DNA of 64,000 nucleotides from an uncultured delta proteobacterium (lineage in GTDB: Bacteria; Desulfobacterota; Syntrophobacteria; BM002): positions 32,001 through 96,000 of the forward strand of contig CAVQGX010000020.1 of the NCBI GenBank assembly GCA_963712115.1, read 5' to 3'. A program made the position numbers and the translations under genes. Shown in pieces: positions 18,805-31,313 of this stretch. Each line of letters starts with the position of its first letter. The stretch's first letter is position 1. Below the pieces are notes generated by a model, which saw only the letters and a program-made list of their open reading frames with translations, was not told the origin of the DNA and ran no database searches.

Positions 18805-19923
18805 ATGGAACTAACCATTCAAAGAGACGATCTTCTCAGAGGATTACAAAAATCCCAAAGTGTTGCAGAAAGACGCAGTTCGATGCCTGTCCTTTCCAAC
18901 GTCCTTCTGGAAGCAAAGGATCAACAGCTACACCTGACCGCAACGAATCTAGAAGTCAGCTTCACTGGAAGCCATCAAGCTGACATCGTCAAAGAAGGAG
19001 CAGTAACCATCCAGGCGCGGAAGTTTTATGAGATCGTCAAGGAGCTTCCCTTTCCGGAAGTACGTATAACTGAGAAAGAGAACCAATGGGTAAATATCTC
19101 CAGTGGTGCTACGGAGTACAACTTGGTGGGACTGCCAGCAGATGATTTTCCTCAGATCGCCCAATATGAAGAAGATATAGCTTGGGTGGAAATGGAAGCG
19201 GTAATACTTAAAGAAATGATAGACAAAACAATCTTTGCCGTCTCCACTGAAGAGACGCGCTACAATCTTTCTGGGATTTATTTCGAAAAATTGGAGACTG
19301 AGGATCCAGTTGGCCTGAAATTGGTTGCAACCGACGGTCACCGCCTTTCTCTTATTGAAAAACCATTGCCAGAAGTGGCTAAATTCGGATTCGAAAAAGG
19401 AATCATCATTCCCAGAAAAGGTATGCAAGAACTAAGTCGGCTATTGGAAGAAGGCGAGCGAGTTGAGGTGGCTTTCCATGAAAATACTGCCATTTTTAGA
19501 ATAGGGGAATCCACCCTGATCATGAGACTCATCGATGGTGATTTCCCCGATTACAACACGGTAATCCCTAAAGATTGCAAACGGGTATTGGAGGTTGATC
19601 GATCGAGATTCATGGAAATGCTGAGGCGCATGTCCATAATCTCTACAGATCGCTACAGGGGTATAAGGTGTAAAATCCGACCGGAAAATATGGAAATTAT
19701 TTCAAACAACCCCGAGATCGGCGATGCCAGGGAAGAGATTCCTGTGACCTACGAGGGTGAGGAGATGACCATAGCGTTTAATCCCCGCTATTTCATGGAG
19801 ACCCTGGCAGTAATGAAAAGCAAAGTCATATCTGCTAAAATGATCGACGAATCCAGCGCTTGCATAATCTCAGGTGAAGAAGACGAGGGATTCTTTTCAG
19901 TAGTTATGCCCATGCGGTTGTGA
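18805..19923 (+). CDS. dnaN: DNA polymerase III beta sliding clamp
   Basis: MPVLSNVLL, ATNLE, VATDGHRL, RLIDGDFPDY, FNPRY, VVMPMRL. Confidence 0.97.
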   Translation: MELTIQRDDLLRGLQKSQSVAERRSSMPVLSNVLLEAKDQQLHLTATNLEVSFTGSHQADIVKEGAVTIQARKFYEIVKELPFPEVRITEKENQWVNISSGATEYNLVGLPADDFPQIAQYEEDIAWVEMEAVILKEMIDKTIFAVSTEETRYNLSGIYFEKLETEDPVGLKLVATDGHRLSLIEKPLPEVAKFGFEKGIIIPRKGMQELSRLLEEGERVEVAFHENTAIFRIGESTLIMRLIDGDFPDYNTVIPKDCKRVLEVDRSRFMEMLRRMSIISTDRYRGIRCKIRPENMEIISNNPEIGDAREEIPVTYEGEEMTIAFNPRYFMETLAVMKSKVISAKMIDESSACIISGEEDEGFFSVVMPMRL

Positions 19924-20161
19924 GTACAGCCAGGAATTTAGCTCTGGCCACTATCACCTCAACCTCGCTTTGATGGAGCAGTGCCGCTTCAGCTAAATCC
20001 CCAAGATGTTTCACAAACAATTAGGAATCAGGTCGGGTGGTTGACCGGGATAAAAACCGCTTGTACCATAAAAGAGAAAAAGCTCTTTACTAGGATAATG
20101 TATAAAAAAATCCTAGGTTTATGAATAATAAAGGGGTACAATTAAAAGTTGATTTAATTAA

Positions 20162-22603
<2,442 letters not shown>

Positions 22604-22683
22604 GATGACTAGGTTGCAGGATGCTGGGGCAGTGATCCAGAAAAATAATCGGATCTAAAACCCTTTATCCTGCTTTTTTATGT

Positions 22684-22826
22684 TTGTAGTCAGTAGTCCG
22701 TGGTCAAAGACGCTCAGCGCATCAGCGCAAGAGCATAGCGGAAGGGCGAACGAACGAGACGCTCTTACTCTATGCTCCATGCGCCCATGCATGCCTTTGG
22801 CAACAGCCACCACGGACGGATAACAA
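22684..22826. repeat. Nested inverted heptamer elements in the gyrB-gyrA spacer
   Basis: Outer gtagtcagtagtccgtgg ... ccaccacggacggataac; inner agcgcaagagcatagcg ... ctctatgctccatgcgcccatgc. Confidence 0.65.
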
Positions 22827-22857
22827 GTAATATAACCCAATTTTGTCGGAAAAAGTC

Positions 22858-25290
22858 ATGAACCAAGAAGAGCGTAGTGAAAGCATCAGAATCGAAGACG
22901 AAATAAAGCATTCCTATTTAGACTACGCCATGAGCGTCATTATAGGTCGGGCCCTTCCTGATGTGCGCGATGGCCTCAAACCCGTGCACCGACGGATACT
23001 CTATGCCATGCGCGAACTGGGCACCGATTGGAATAAACCTTACAAGAAATCAGCCCGCATCGTGGGCGACGTCATAGGTAAATATCATCCCCACGGTGAC
23101 GCCGCCGTGTACGATGCTCTTGTGCGCATGGCGCAGGCTTTCTCCATGCGTTACACCTTGGTTGATGGTCAAGGCAATTTTGGCTCGGTGGACGGGGATC
23201 CACCGGCAGCCATGCGATACACCGAAGTACGTCAGAATAAGCTGGCCCATGAGTTTCTCACTGATCTAGACAAAGAAACAGCCGACTTTACGCCCAATTA
23301 CGACTCCTCCCTTGAGGAGCCATCGGTACTCCCTACGCTGGTACCCAATCTGCTGATCAACGGGTCGTCTGGCATTGCGGTAGGCATGGCCTGCAATATT
23401 CCGCCTCACAATTTGTCCGAGGTAATCGACGGGCTCATCGCCGTGATTGATGATCCCCAGACAGACCTCCAAAGGTTACTCTCTATTATTCCCGGGCCAG
23501 ATTTTCCCACTGCCGGTCTGATCTACGGTAGCGCAGGTATCAGAGAGGCTTACGCTACCGGCAAGGGTCTGATTAAGGTTAGGGCGCGGGTGGAATTAGA
23601 AGATGTCAATGGGGACCAACAGCGTATTGTCATCACTGAACTCCCATTTCAGGTAAATAAAGCACGACTGCTTGAGAGAATTGCCGAACTGGTCAAACAA
23701 AAACGGCTTGAAGGAATAAGGGACATCCGCGATGAGTCTGACCGAGAGGGAATGCGGGTTGCCATTGATCTCAAACGGGATGAGCATGCTGAAGTTATTC
23801 TGAACAATCTATACAAGCTTACCAATATGGAGGTCACTTTTGGCATCAACATGCTGGCCATAGTGCACAACAGGCCGGAACTGCTATCTCTTAAGGAGAT
23901 ACTTGAACACTTTCTCGCACATCGCCGCACTGTGGTACTGCGACGGACAGCATTTCAATTGCGGCGGGCCGAGGAACGTGGACATATACTGGAAGGCTTG
24001 AAAATAGCCCTGGAAAACTTGGATGCCATCATCGAGCTGATTAAAAGCTCCCCTAACCCCAAGGAGGCCAGGGCGCAATTGATGGAGCAATACGGACTTT
24101 CTGAAAAACAAGCGCAGGCTATTTTGGACATGCGGTTGCAGAGACTTACTGGCCTCGAGCGGCAAAAAATAATGGAGGAGTACCGTGATATTCTTGAAGA
24201 GGTAGCTCGCCTGCGCAAGATACTGGAAGATGAGACCCTGTTGATGTCCCTGGTGCGGCAAGAGCTCTTGCAGCTCAAAGAGGACTACGGTGACGGCCGA
24301 CGGACCGAGATTGTTCAAGACGTTCAGGAACTGGACCTAATAGATTACATCACCGAGGAGGACATGGTGGTCACCGTATCCCACGCCGGCTACATCAAGA
24401 GAAGTCCAGTTCATCTTTACCGGAGCCAGAGAAGGGGTGGCAAGGGACGAACGGGTACGAGGCCGCGCCAGGAAGATTTTGTCGAGCTACTTTTTGTGGC
24501 CTCCACCCACGATTCCCTTTTATTTTTTACTAATCTAGGCCTTATTCACTGGTTGAAGGTGTACCAGTTACCCGAGGCAAGTCCGCTAGCGCGGGGCAAA
24601 GCAATCGTCAACTTACTCCAACTACAGGAATCTGAAAGGGTGGCAACCATACTCCCGGTGCGGGAGTTTGAGACCAACATGTACGTGGTAATGGCCACCA
24701 GAAAGGGAGTGGTGAAGAAGACCGATCTCATGGCCTATGGCAAGCCACGAGCCGGTGGTATCATTGCCCTGAAAATTGACGAAGATGACGAGCTAATTTG
24801 TGCTCGGATCACCGACGGGAGACAACAGCTTTTTTTTAGCACTCGGGCAGGCAAATCCCTTCGTGTGCGGGAAGATGATATTCGGCCCATGGGTCGTGTG
24901 GCCCGGGGGGTTAAGGGTATGACTGTGGACGGCAGCTCCCTGGTTGGGATGGAGGTCATAAGCGAGGAGGCCACCATCTTGACGGTGAGTGAAAATGGTT
25001 TCGGCAAGCGGACTGCAACCAGAGAATTCCCCCTGAGACGGAGGGGAGGAAAAGGTGTTCTGAGCATGAGAACTACCGAAAGAAACGGGCCGGTTGTAGG
25101 CTTTCGTCAGGTAGGTGAAAATGATGAGATCATGCTCATCACTGATCGCGGTCGTATCATTCGCATGATGGTAAGCGAGATTTCTGTAATTGGCAGAATC
25201 ACCCAGGGCGTTCGCCTCATTGACATTGAACCCGGCGAACGGGTTGTTGATCTGGCCAGCCTGGCGGAAACTGAGGAAGAGGAGGAGTAG
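22858..25290 (+). CDS. gyrA: DNA gyrase subunit A
   Basis: [32 protein letters not shown], GyrA-box QRRGGKG; start ATG 22858 (TTG 22843 is the alternative). Confidence 0.98.
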   Translation: MNQEERSESIRIEDEIKHSYLDYAMSVIIGRALPDVRDGLKPVHRRILYAMRELGTDWNKPYKKSARIVGDVIGKYHPHGDAAVYDALVRMAQAFSMRYTLVDGQGNFGSVDGDPPAAMRYTEVRQNKLAHEFLTDLDKETADFTPNYDSSLEEPSVLPTLVPNLLINGSSGIAVGMACNIPPHNLSEVIDGLIAVIDDPQTDLQRLLSIIPGPDFPTAGLIYGSAGIREAYATGKGLIKVRARVELEDVNGDQQRIVITELPFQVNKARLLERIAELVKQKRLEGIRDIRDESDREGMRVAIDLKRDEHAEVILNNLYKLTNMEVTFGINMLAIVHNRPELLSLKEILEHFLAHRRTVVLRRTAFQLRRAEERGHILEGLKIALENLDAIIELIKSSPNPKEARAQLMEQYGLSEKQAQAILDMRLQRLTGLERQKIMEEYRDILEEVARLRKILEDETLLMSLVRQELLQLKEDYGDGRRTEIVQDVQELDLIDYITEEDMVVTVSHAGYIKRSPVHLYRSQRRGGKGRTGTRPRQEDFVELLFVASTHDSLLFFTNLGLIHWLKVYQLPEASPLARGKAIVNLLQLQESERVATILPVREFETNMYVVMATRKGVVKKTDLMAYGKPRAGGIIALKIDEDDELICARITDGRQQLFFSTRAGKSLRVREDDIRPMGRVARGVKGMTVDGSSLVGMEVISEEATILTVSENGFGKRTATREFPLRRRGGKGVLSMRTTERNGPVVGFRQVGENDEIMLITDRGRIIRMMVSEISVIGRITQGVRLIDIEPGERVVDLASLAETEEEEE

Positions 25291-25294
25291 TGAT

Positions 25295-25500
25295 CAGCAG
25301 GCAGCTTACAGCTCGCAGCATACACCAGCTGCGCTGGGTCACTACGCTCCGCTGTCATTCATAGTCATTGGGTCATTATGTCGTAAGAGGACTGGGTCAC
25401 CGGCTAATAGCTTCTCTGTAATCGGTGATCATTATTGTTTAAACCTAGTGGCAGCGTAGCATAATGACGGCGAAGCCAGATGACGCGAAGCAAATGACCT
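25295..25500. repeat. Stacked repeat elements (cagcaggcagcttacagc; gggtcactacgctccgctgtcatt ... aatgacggcgaagccagatgacgcgaagcaaatgacc)
   Basis: gtcat/atgac inverted arms; a near copy of the left arm is at ~61816-61875. Confidence 0.6.
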
Positions 25501-25543
25501 GGTGGTTGCCCGCTGCTTATTCATTAGGTGGTGGAGAGATATA

Positions 25544-26590
25544 ATGGACAAGGGAAATAGGAAGGAGGGACTATCAGAGGCTGTAGCTGTGGTGGGCGGC
25601 GGGAGTTGGGGAACTGCTCTGGCAAACTTATTGGCCGAAAAGTCCATTCCCGTCTCCCTTTGGGTTTTTGAGGAAGATCTCTGCGAAGAGATGCAGAAGA
25701 CCAAGGAAAATACCCTCTACCTGCCAGGTGTTCAGCTCTCCCCCCTTTTGCATCCAGACAACAATTTAGAAGCGGTGTTAGCTGGCAAGCGAATCATATT
25801 GATGGCAGTCCCATCACACGTGTACCGCCATGTTGCCATGCGAATGCTGGAATTTCTAGAAGGGCCAGTTGTTGTTGTGAGCGCCACCAAAGGCATTGAA
25901 AATGAATCTCTGCAAACCATGTCGGGAATTTGGCGCCAGATAATGCCCGGAAGCATCGATTGGGAGTACGCTGTACTCTCAGGCCCCAGCTTTGCCCGTG
26001 AAGTGGTGAAGAAGGCTCCCACTGCAGTTACGGTTGCCTCTGCTTCCAAAGAAGTAGCCGAGGAGATCCAACAACTCTTTTCTACGGATTACTTCCGAGT
26101 TTACACCAGCACAGACGTGATCGGGGTGGAGTTAGGAGGTGCGCTCAAGAACATTATAGCCTTGGCTGCCGGCATCGTTGATGGCCTTGGCCTGGGTTAC
26201 AATACCCGGGCAGCGCTGATGACCAGAGGTCTGGCCGAAATGAGCCGGTTGGGAACGAGCATGGGGGCCGACCCTCTTACCTTTCTGGGACTGGCAGGGG
26301 TGGGTGACTTGGTCCTTACCTGTACCGGTGACTTGAGCCGAAACCGCACAGTAGGATATAAACTTGGACAGGGCAAAAAATTGGCAGAGATACTAGCCGA
26401 GATGAGGATGGTAGCCGAAGGGGTCAAAACCACTCGCTCAGTTCACCACTTGGCCCAGCAAAAAGAGATTGACATGCCCATCTGCGAACAGATGTATCGC
26501 ATCCTTTATGAAGATTTACCCACGGAGAATGCGCTGGCCGCGTTGATGGGGCGGGAGTTAAAGCACGAAGTTGACACTTTCTTTGGCTAA
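25544..26590 (+). CDS. gpsA: NAD(P)H-dependent glycerol-3-phosphate dehydrogenase
   Basis: GGGSWGTALA, ATKGIE, SGPSFA, GGALKN, GDLVLTCTGDLSRNR, VAEG. Confidence 0.96.
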   Translation: MDKGNRKEGLSEAVAVVGGGSWGTALANLLAEKSIPVSLWVFEEDLCEEMQKTKENTLYLPGVQLSPLLHPDNNLEAVLAGKRIILMAVPSHVYRHVAMRMLEFLEGPVVVVSATKGIENESLQTMSGIWRQIMPGSIDWEYAVLSGPSFAREVVKKAPTAVTVASASKEVAEEIQQLFSTDYFRVYTSTDVIGVELGGALKNIIALAAGIVDGLGLGYNTRAALMTRGLAEMSRLGTSMGADPLTFLGLAGVGDLVLTCTGDLSRNRTVGYKLGQGKKLAEILAEMRMVAEGVKTTRSVHHLAQQKEIDMPICEQMYRILYEDLPTENALAALMGRELKHEVDTFFG

Positions 26591-26598
26591 GGAAAATA

Positions 26599-26883
26599 AA
26601 CTAGGCACTAAGCACTATGCAGTAGGCACTTTGGTAATTGCCGATTGAGTATTTCGGATTGGGGATGTGAAAAGGCATCTAGCATAGAGTAAGGAGCCAG
26701 GAGTCAGAATACAGAATACAGAATTCAGAAGGATAACCAATGGGTTGCGGAAATTTTGGGTGAAATGTAACCAAGAAGAATACCCTGCAGTTCTATTATT
26801 CTCTCCATCATTCCAATATTCCACTGTTCCAATATTCCATCACTCTCTGCCGAATACTTTTTTGTGGTGCCTAGTGCCTAGTT
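26599..26883. repeat. Composite repeat spacer between convergent gpsA and ogt
   Basis: Outer aactaggcactaagcac ... gtgcctagtgcctagtt encloses agtcagaatacagaatacagaattcagaa and ccatcattccaatattccactgttccaatattcca arrays. Confidence 0.7.
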
Positions 26884-26892
26884 GTTTACGCA

Positions 26893-27408
26893 TTAGTAAA
26901 TACTCACGCCTTCGTGCCTAAGCAAGGCCTCTTTTAAGCTGAGGCCACTGCCAAACCCCCCGAGTCCCCCGTTGGCTGCTACAACCCGATGGCAGGGAAC
27001 GAAGAGAACAACGGGATTACTACCACAAGCCTGGCCTACAGCCCTGGCACCCCGTGGTCGCCCAATCTGGGCGGCAATGTCCCCGTAAGTTGTAACTCTT
27101 CCCGCAGGGATTCGTCTCAGTGTTGACCAGACCTGCATTTGGAACTGGCTACCCTGGAGATCAAGTGGGTGGTTTAAATTTTCCGGTTCACCAGCGAAGT
27201 AACGGTTCAAACAATCAACGGCTGAGGCCAAAGGCTGCGGGTCTTCTTTAATCAGAGCATGATGATTCAGTTGCTGCAAGCGTGAGACCAAATTGGCAAT
27301 GTCTTTGCCGTTAATAAACTCACAGGAGCACACACTTTCTTCAGTGCCCGCCAGAAACAGAGGGCTCCAGGGGGAAGCAAGCTTGGTATAATAGATTGAC
27401 TTTCGCAT
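26893..27408 (-). CDS. ogt: Methylated-DNA-protein-cysteine methyltransferase
   Basis: FQMQVW..L..IPAG...TYG, ARAVGQACGSNP, active-site PCHRVV. Confidence 0.95.
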   Translation of the reverse strand: MRKSIYYTKLASPWSPLFLAGTEESVCSCEFINGKDIANLVSRLQQLNHHALIKEDPQPLASAVDCLNRYFAGEPENLNHPLDLQGSQFQMQVWSTLRRIPAGRVTTYGDIAAQIGRPRGARAVGQACGSNPVVLFVPCHRVVAANGGLGGFGSGLSLKEALLRHEGVSIY

Positions 27409-27450
27409 ATGGTTTCCCTTTCTGAGGTTTTCAATTAATCCTTAACAGCT

Positions 27451-27503
27451 GACGCGGCGACACGGAGATAGGGTGACACGGCGAAATCCCTGCTCTCCGC
27501 GTC
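27451..27503. repeat. Empty GACRCGGN-octamer inverted element
   Basis: gacgcggc-gacacgga-gatagggt-gacacggc-ga ... tctccgcgtc. Confidence 0.65.
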
Positions 27504-27861
27504 GTTGGACAAGTGATCCCAATGGTCACGTGCCCAAAATGAAGTCCACATATCAGATAACCAATTACAGTTCAGAGCCAGAAGAGACAGTCAACTTGAC
27601 GGTCGCCAACATGTTTTGACAAGATTGCTCTTAGCAAGTATTTATAATCTTGTCTACAGAGATTTAGAGAGCAGAAATAAGCAAGGCAATCATTTAATCA
27701 TTTATCTAGACGGATAAGGGCAGCTGTATGACTATCTTACAGCTCAAGCCGGACTATGTAAAGGTTCGCGATAATTCGCACCTTGCTTTGCAGAAAACGG
27801 GAAAAACCAATAAACCAGCAACCACTGGAGCAAGACCATAGAACCGCAGTCCAGTAAGATC

Positions 27862-30360
27862 ATGAGTGGTAAACTTCTCATAGGGTTGTTGCTGATCGTG
27901 GCCACCCTTGGGGCATTCTGGCAGGTGCGCAGTCATGATTTCCTCAACTATGATGACGATATATATGTCACCGAAAATCCTCAGGTGCAAAAAGGATTCA
28001 CCCGAGAAAGTGTGATCTGGGCTTTCACCTCTGGTTATGCCAGCAACTGGCACCCTCTAACCTGGCTGTCACACATGCTGGACTGCCAGCTCTTTGGGCT
28101 AAACCCCGGGGGTCATCATCTCACCAACCTGATGCTTCACCTTGCAAACACCTTGTTGCTCTTTCTCCTGCTTAACCGCATGACCTCCGCCCTCTACCGC
28201 AGCGCTCTTGTTGCCGCCCTTTTTGCTCTCCATCCCCTCCATGTAGAGTCTGTTGCCTGGGTGGCGGAGCGCAAGGATGTCCTGAGCACACTTTTCTGGA
28301 TGTTGACCATGTGGACATACCTTCTTTATGTCGAGCATCCAAGGCTCGGGAGATACCTGTTGACCCTTGTTGTCTTTACCCTCGGCCTCATGACCAAACC
28401 CATGCTGGTGACTCTGCCCGGTGTACTCCTTCTGCTAGACTACTGGCCTCTGGACCGCTTGGCCATGAGAAAATCTAAAGATTCAATCAACTCCGGTGCC
28501 CAAAAAAGGTTAAGCTCCAGCCCACAAAGAGCTTTCCTTCTCCGACTATTTTGGGAAAAAGTTCCATTCTTTGCTTTTGCGGCAGTCTCGAGTGCCGTGA
28601 CCTTCCTGGTGCAACAGAGCAGTGGAGCGGTAAAATCTGTTGAGGTTTTTCCGCTGAGCATTCGCATCGCCAACGGGCTGGTTTCCTATGTCAGCTACAT
28701 GGGCAAGATGATCTGGCCTCAGCATCTGGCAGTCTTCTACCCCCACCCGGGCAGCAGCTTGCCAATGTGGCTGGCGGGTGCAGCGGGCTTGCTCCTGCTT
28801 GGCATATCCGTTGCGGTCATTCGGGCAGGGCGACGCCATCCCTATTTGGCTGTGGGATGGCTGTGGTACCTCGGTACCCTGGTGCCGGTCATAGGCTTGG
28901 TACAGGTGGGTTTGCAGGCCATGGCCGACCGCTACACTTATGTTCCCCTTATCGGCCTGTTTATCATGATTGCCTGGGGTATTCCCGAACTCACTAGTGG
29001 CTGGCGCTATGGAAGGGTTGTGCTCAGAATGGTAGCAGTTTCGCTGCTTGCAGCCTTGATGGTATGCACCTGGATGCAACTCCGACATTGGAGAAACAAT
29101 ATGACCCTCTTTGAGCATGCACTCTATACCACTGACAACAACTACCTCGCCCACGACAGTCTAGGAAATACTTTGGCCCAACAGGGTAAAATAGAGGAAG
29201 CAATCGGTCATTATTCCGCCGCCCTCCGCATCAAACCCGACTTTGTGAACAGCCACAACAACCTTGGAGTTGCTCTGCTCCAACGGGGAGACGTTGAGCA
29301 GGCCATCACCCATTTCTCTGCTGCTCTGCGGTATCAGTCCCATTCCCCGGAGGCCTATAATAACCTGGGTCTTGCTCTGGCAAGACAGGGGTATGTTGAT
29401 AGAGCCATTGACTACTACTTTACAGCGGTCCGACTCAAACCGGACTATCCGGAGGCACACAACAACTTGGGAAATGCTTTGGCGAGCCAGGGTATGTTTG
29501 AGCAGGCCATTAGTCATTACTCGGAGGCCCTGCGGCTCAAACCAGAAGATGCAGAGGCTCATAGCAACTTGGCAAATGTGTTGGCTAGAAAAGCAAGATT
29601 CAAAGAAGCGATAGACCATTACTCACAAGCCCTGCAGATCAAACCTGACAATTTTGAGGCTCATTACAATCTTGGAGTTATACTAGCGGATCAAGGGAAG
29701 TTTGATGAGGCCATCGATCATTATTCACAAGCCCTGCGGCTCAAACCAGAAGATGCAGAGGCTCATTATAACCTGGGCAATGCCTTAGCCAGCCAGGGAA
29801 AGTTCAAGGAGGCGATCGGTCATTATTCGGAGGCCCTGCGGCTTAAGCCCAACTATGCACAGGCTCATAATAATCTGGCAGTAGCTCTGGAGAAACAAGG
29901 GAAACTGGGGGAGGCCATTGACCATTATTACCAGGCACTAAGGATTGAGCCGAACAGTTCGCTCACACATTTACAACTTGCCTCGGTTTGGGCGAGACAA
30001 GGGCAAGCCAAGCAGGCCATAGAGCATTATCAAGAGGCATTGAGGCTTGACCCTGATTCAACCATTGTGCTCAACAATCTGGCTTGGATCTTGGCGACGC
30101 ACGGGAGCTCCAATTTTCGGGATGGAGCCAGAGCAGTCCAGCTAGCAGAAAAAGCCTGCGCACTTTCCGGTTATAAAAATGCAGTTTTTTTGGACACCCT
30201 AGCAGCGGCCTATGCAGAAGCAGGACTGTTCAATGAGGCCTTACAAACTGCTCAAAAAGCTGTGGAACTGGCACTGGCCATGGAGCGTGTAGAACTAGCG
30301 AAGGACATAGAGAAGCGGATGCAATTGTACAAGGCAGGCAAGCCTTTTTATCAAACTTGA
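27862..30360 (+). CDS. TMTC-like membrane GT-C glycosyltransferase with C-terminal TPR array
   Basis: YDDxxYV, WHPLTWLS, LFALHPLHVESVAWVAERKDVL, ADRYTY motifs; about ten 34-aa TPRs (AHNNLG..L..QG...EAI.HY..AL...P). Confidence 0.85.
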   Translation: MSGKLLIGLLLIVATLGAFWQVRSHDFLNYDDDIYVTENPQVQKGFTRESVIWAFTSGYASNWHPLTWLSHMLDCQLFGLNPGGHHLTNLMLHLANTLLLFLLLNRMTSALYRSALVAALFALHPLHVESVAWVAERKDVLSTLFWMLTMWTYLLYVEHPRLGRYLLTLVVFTLGLMTKPMLVTLPGVLLLLDYWPLDRLAMRKSKDSINSGAQKRLSSSPQRAFLLRLFWEKVPFFAFAAVSSAVTFLVQQSSGAVKSVEVFPLSIRIANGLVSYVSYMGKMIWPQHLAVFYPHPGSSLPMWLAGAAGLLLLGISVAVIRAGRRHPYLAVGWLWYLGTLVPVIGLVQVGLQAMADRYTYVPLIGLFIMIAWGIPELTSGWRYGRVVLRMVAVSLLAALMVCTWMQLRHWRNNMTLFEHALYTTDNNYLAHDSLGNTLAQQGKIEEAIGHYSAALRIKPDFVNSHNNLGVALLQRGDVEQAITHFSAALRYQSHSPEAYNNLGLALARQGYVDRAIDYYFTAVRLKPDYPEAHNNLGNALASQGMFEQAISHYSEALRLKPEDAEAHSNLANVLARKARFKEAIDHYSQALQIKPDNFEAHYNLGVILADQGKFDEAIDHYSQALRLKPEDAEAHYNLGNALASQGKFKEAIGHYSEALRLKPNYAQAHNNLAVALEKQGKLGEAIDHYYQALRIEPNSSLTHLQLASVWARQGQAKQAIEHYQEALRLDPDSTIVLNNLAWILATHGSSNFRDGARAVQLAEKACALSGYKNAVFLDTLAAAYAEAGLFNEALQTAQKAVELALAMERVELAKDIEKRMQLYKAGKPFYQT

Positions 30361-30389
30361 GTCAGAGTGTATTTAATAAAGAGCAGGCA

Positions 30390-31049
30390 CTATTTGTCCA
30401 GGATAAAATCAGTAATATAGGGATTCGTCTCCTTCTCCCGTCCCAGAGTTGAGGTGGGTTGATCACCGTAATCGTGTCCTGGCCAGATTACGGTTTCTTC
30501 GGGTAGGGGGAGCAGTTTTTCTTCGATGGATTTGAGCAGAGTTTCCATGGAGCCGCCCGGCAAATCGGTGCGGCCCACGGCTCCAACAAAAAGAGTATCA
30601 CCGGTGAAAAGGTTCTTTTCTGCCAGCAGGCACACAGCTCCTGGCGTGTGACCCGGTGTGTGAATAAACTCCAGAGTCACGTTGCCGAGAGGGAGTCGAT
30701 ACCCGTCCGTTATCCTGATATCTACCGGTGGCGCGGGGTTGAGTCCGAATGCCTGGGCCCACAGTCGGGCCTCCTCGGTAGTAAAAAGATCGTCGTCCAG
30801 TTCATGCATCACTGTCTTGGCACCGGTGCGGCTAGCCAGCAACTGGTTTCCATAGGTGTGATCGGCATGGCCATGAGTGTTGATGATATATGCAAGGTGA
30901 AGATTTTTTTCCCTCACCAGGGCTATAATCCTTTCTATATCATCTTCACCACCGGCAGGATCAATTGCCGCTGCCTCTCGTGTTTCTTCACAAGCAATCA
31001 AGTAACAGAATACTTCCATGTCGCCTACGGTAATTTGTTCTATGATCAT
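30390..31049 (-). CDS. MBL-fold metallo-hydrolase (glyoxalase II-like)
   Basis: THGHADH, HTPGHTPG, FTGDTLF..GRTDLPGG, PGH. Confidence 0.92.
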   Translation of the reverse strand: MIIEQITVGDMEVFCYLIACEETREAAAIDPAGGEDDIERIIALVREKNLHLAYIINTHGHADHTYGNQLLASRTGAKTVMHELDDDLFTTEEARLWAQAFGLNPAPPVDIRITDGYRLPLGNVTLEFIHTPGHTPGAVCLLAEKNLFTGDTLFVGAVGRTDLPGGSMETLLKSIEEKLLPLPEETVIWPGHDYGDQPTSTLGREKETNPYITDFILDK

Positions 31050-31082
31050 CGGACCCCCTTCACCTTTCGCCTTGCGTTTAAG

Positions 31083-31280
31083 TTAACCCTAATGTTGCAT
31101 ACCTATGTCGAGGAAAAACGCGCAAGAGTACGTCAGATGTGGCTGCGCGCAGGCTCGGACAGGTCGAGGCGTACTTGACCGTACGTGAAGTCCTGTCCGA
31201 GGCGAGTACAGCCGCAGATGGCGTGCTATCGAGCGAGCACAGCGGTTTTTAACGTTATAGGTATGCAACATTAGGGTTAA
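31083..31280. mobile_element. MITE-like element with perfect 24-bp terminal inverted repeats
   Basis: ttaaccctaatgttgcatacctat (31083-31106) and ataggtatgcaacattagggttaa (31257-31280); self-complementary interior with gaggcgtacttgaccgtacgtg core; no convincing ORF. Confidence 0.7.
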
Positions 31281-31313
31281 TTCTCATGGCTCAAAATTCT
31301 TCCATTCGAAAAA

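Noticed and set aside
26615-26824. Short ORFs lying in repeat spacers (26615..26824, 22655..22840, 31089..31271, 45398..45622, 4356..4619)
   Set aside because: Translations are low-complexity products of the repeat arrays (e.g. MEYWNDG, ILDCRLQI), not credible proteins.
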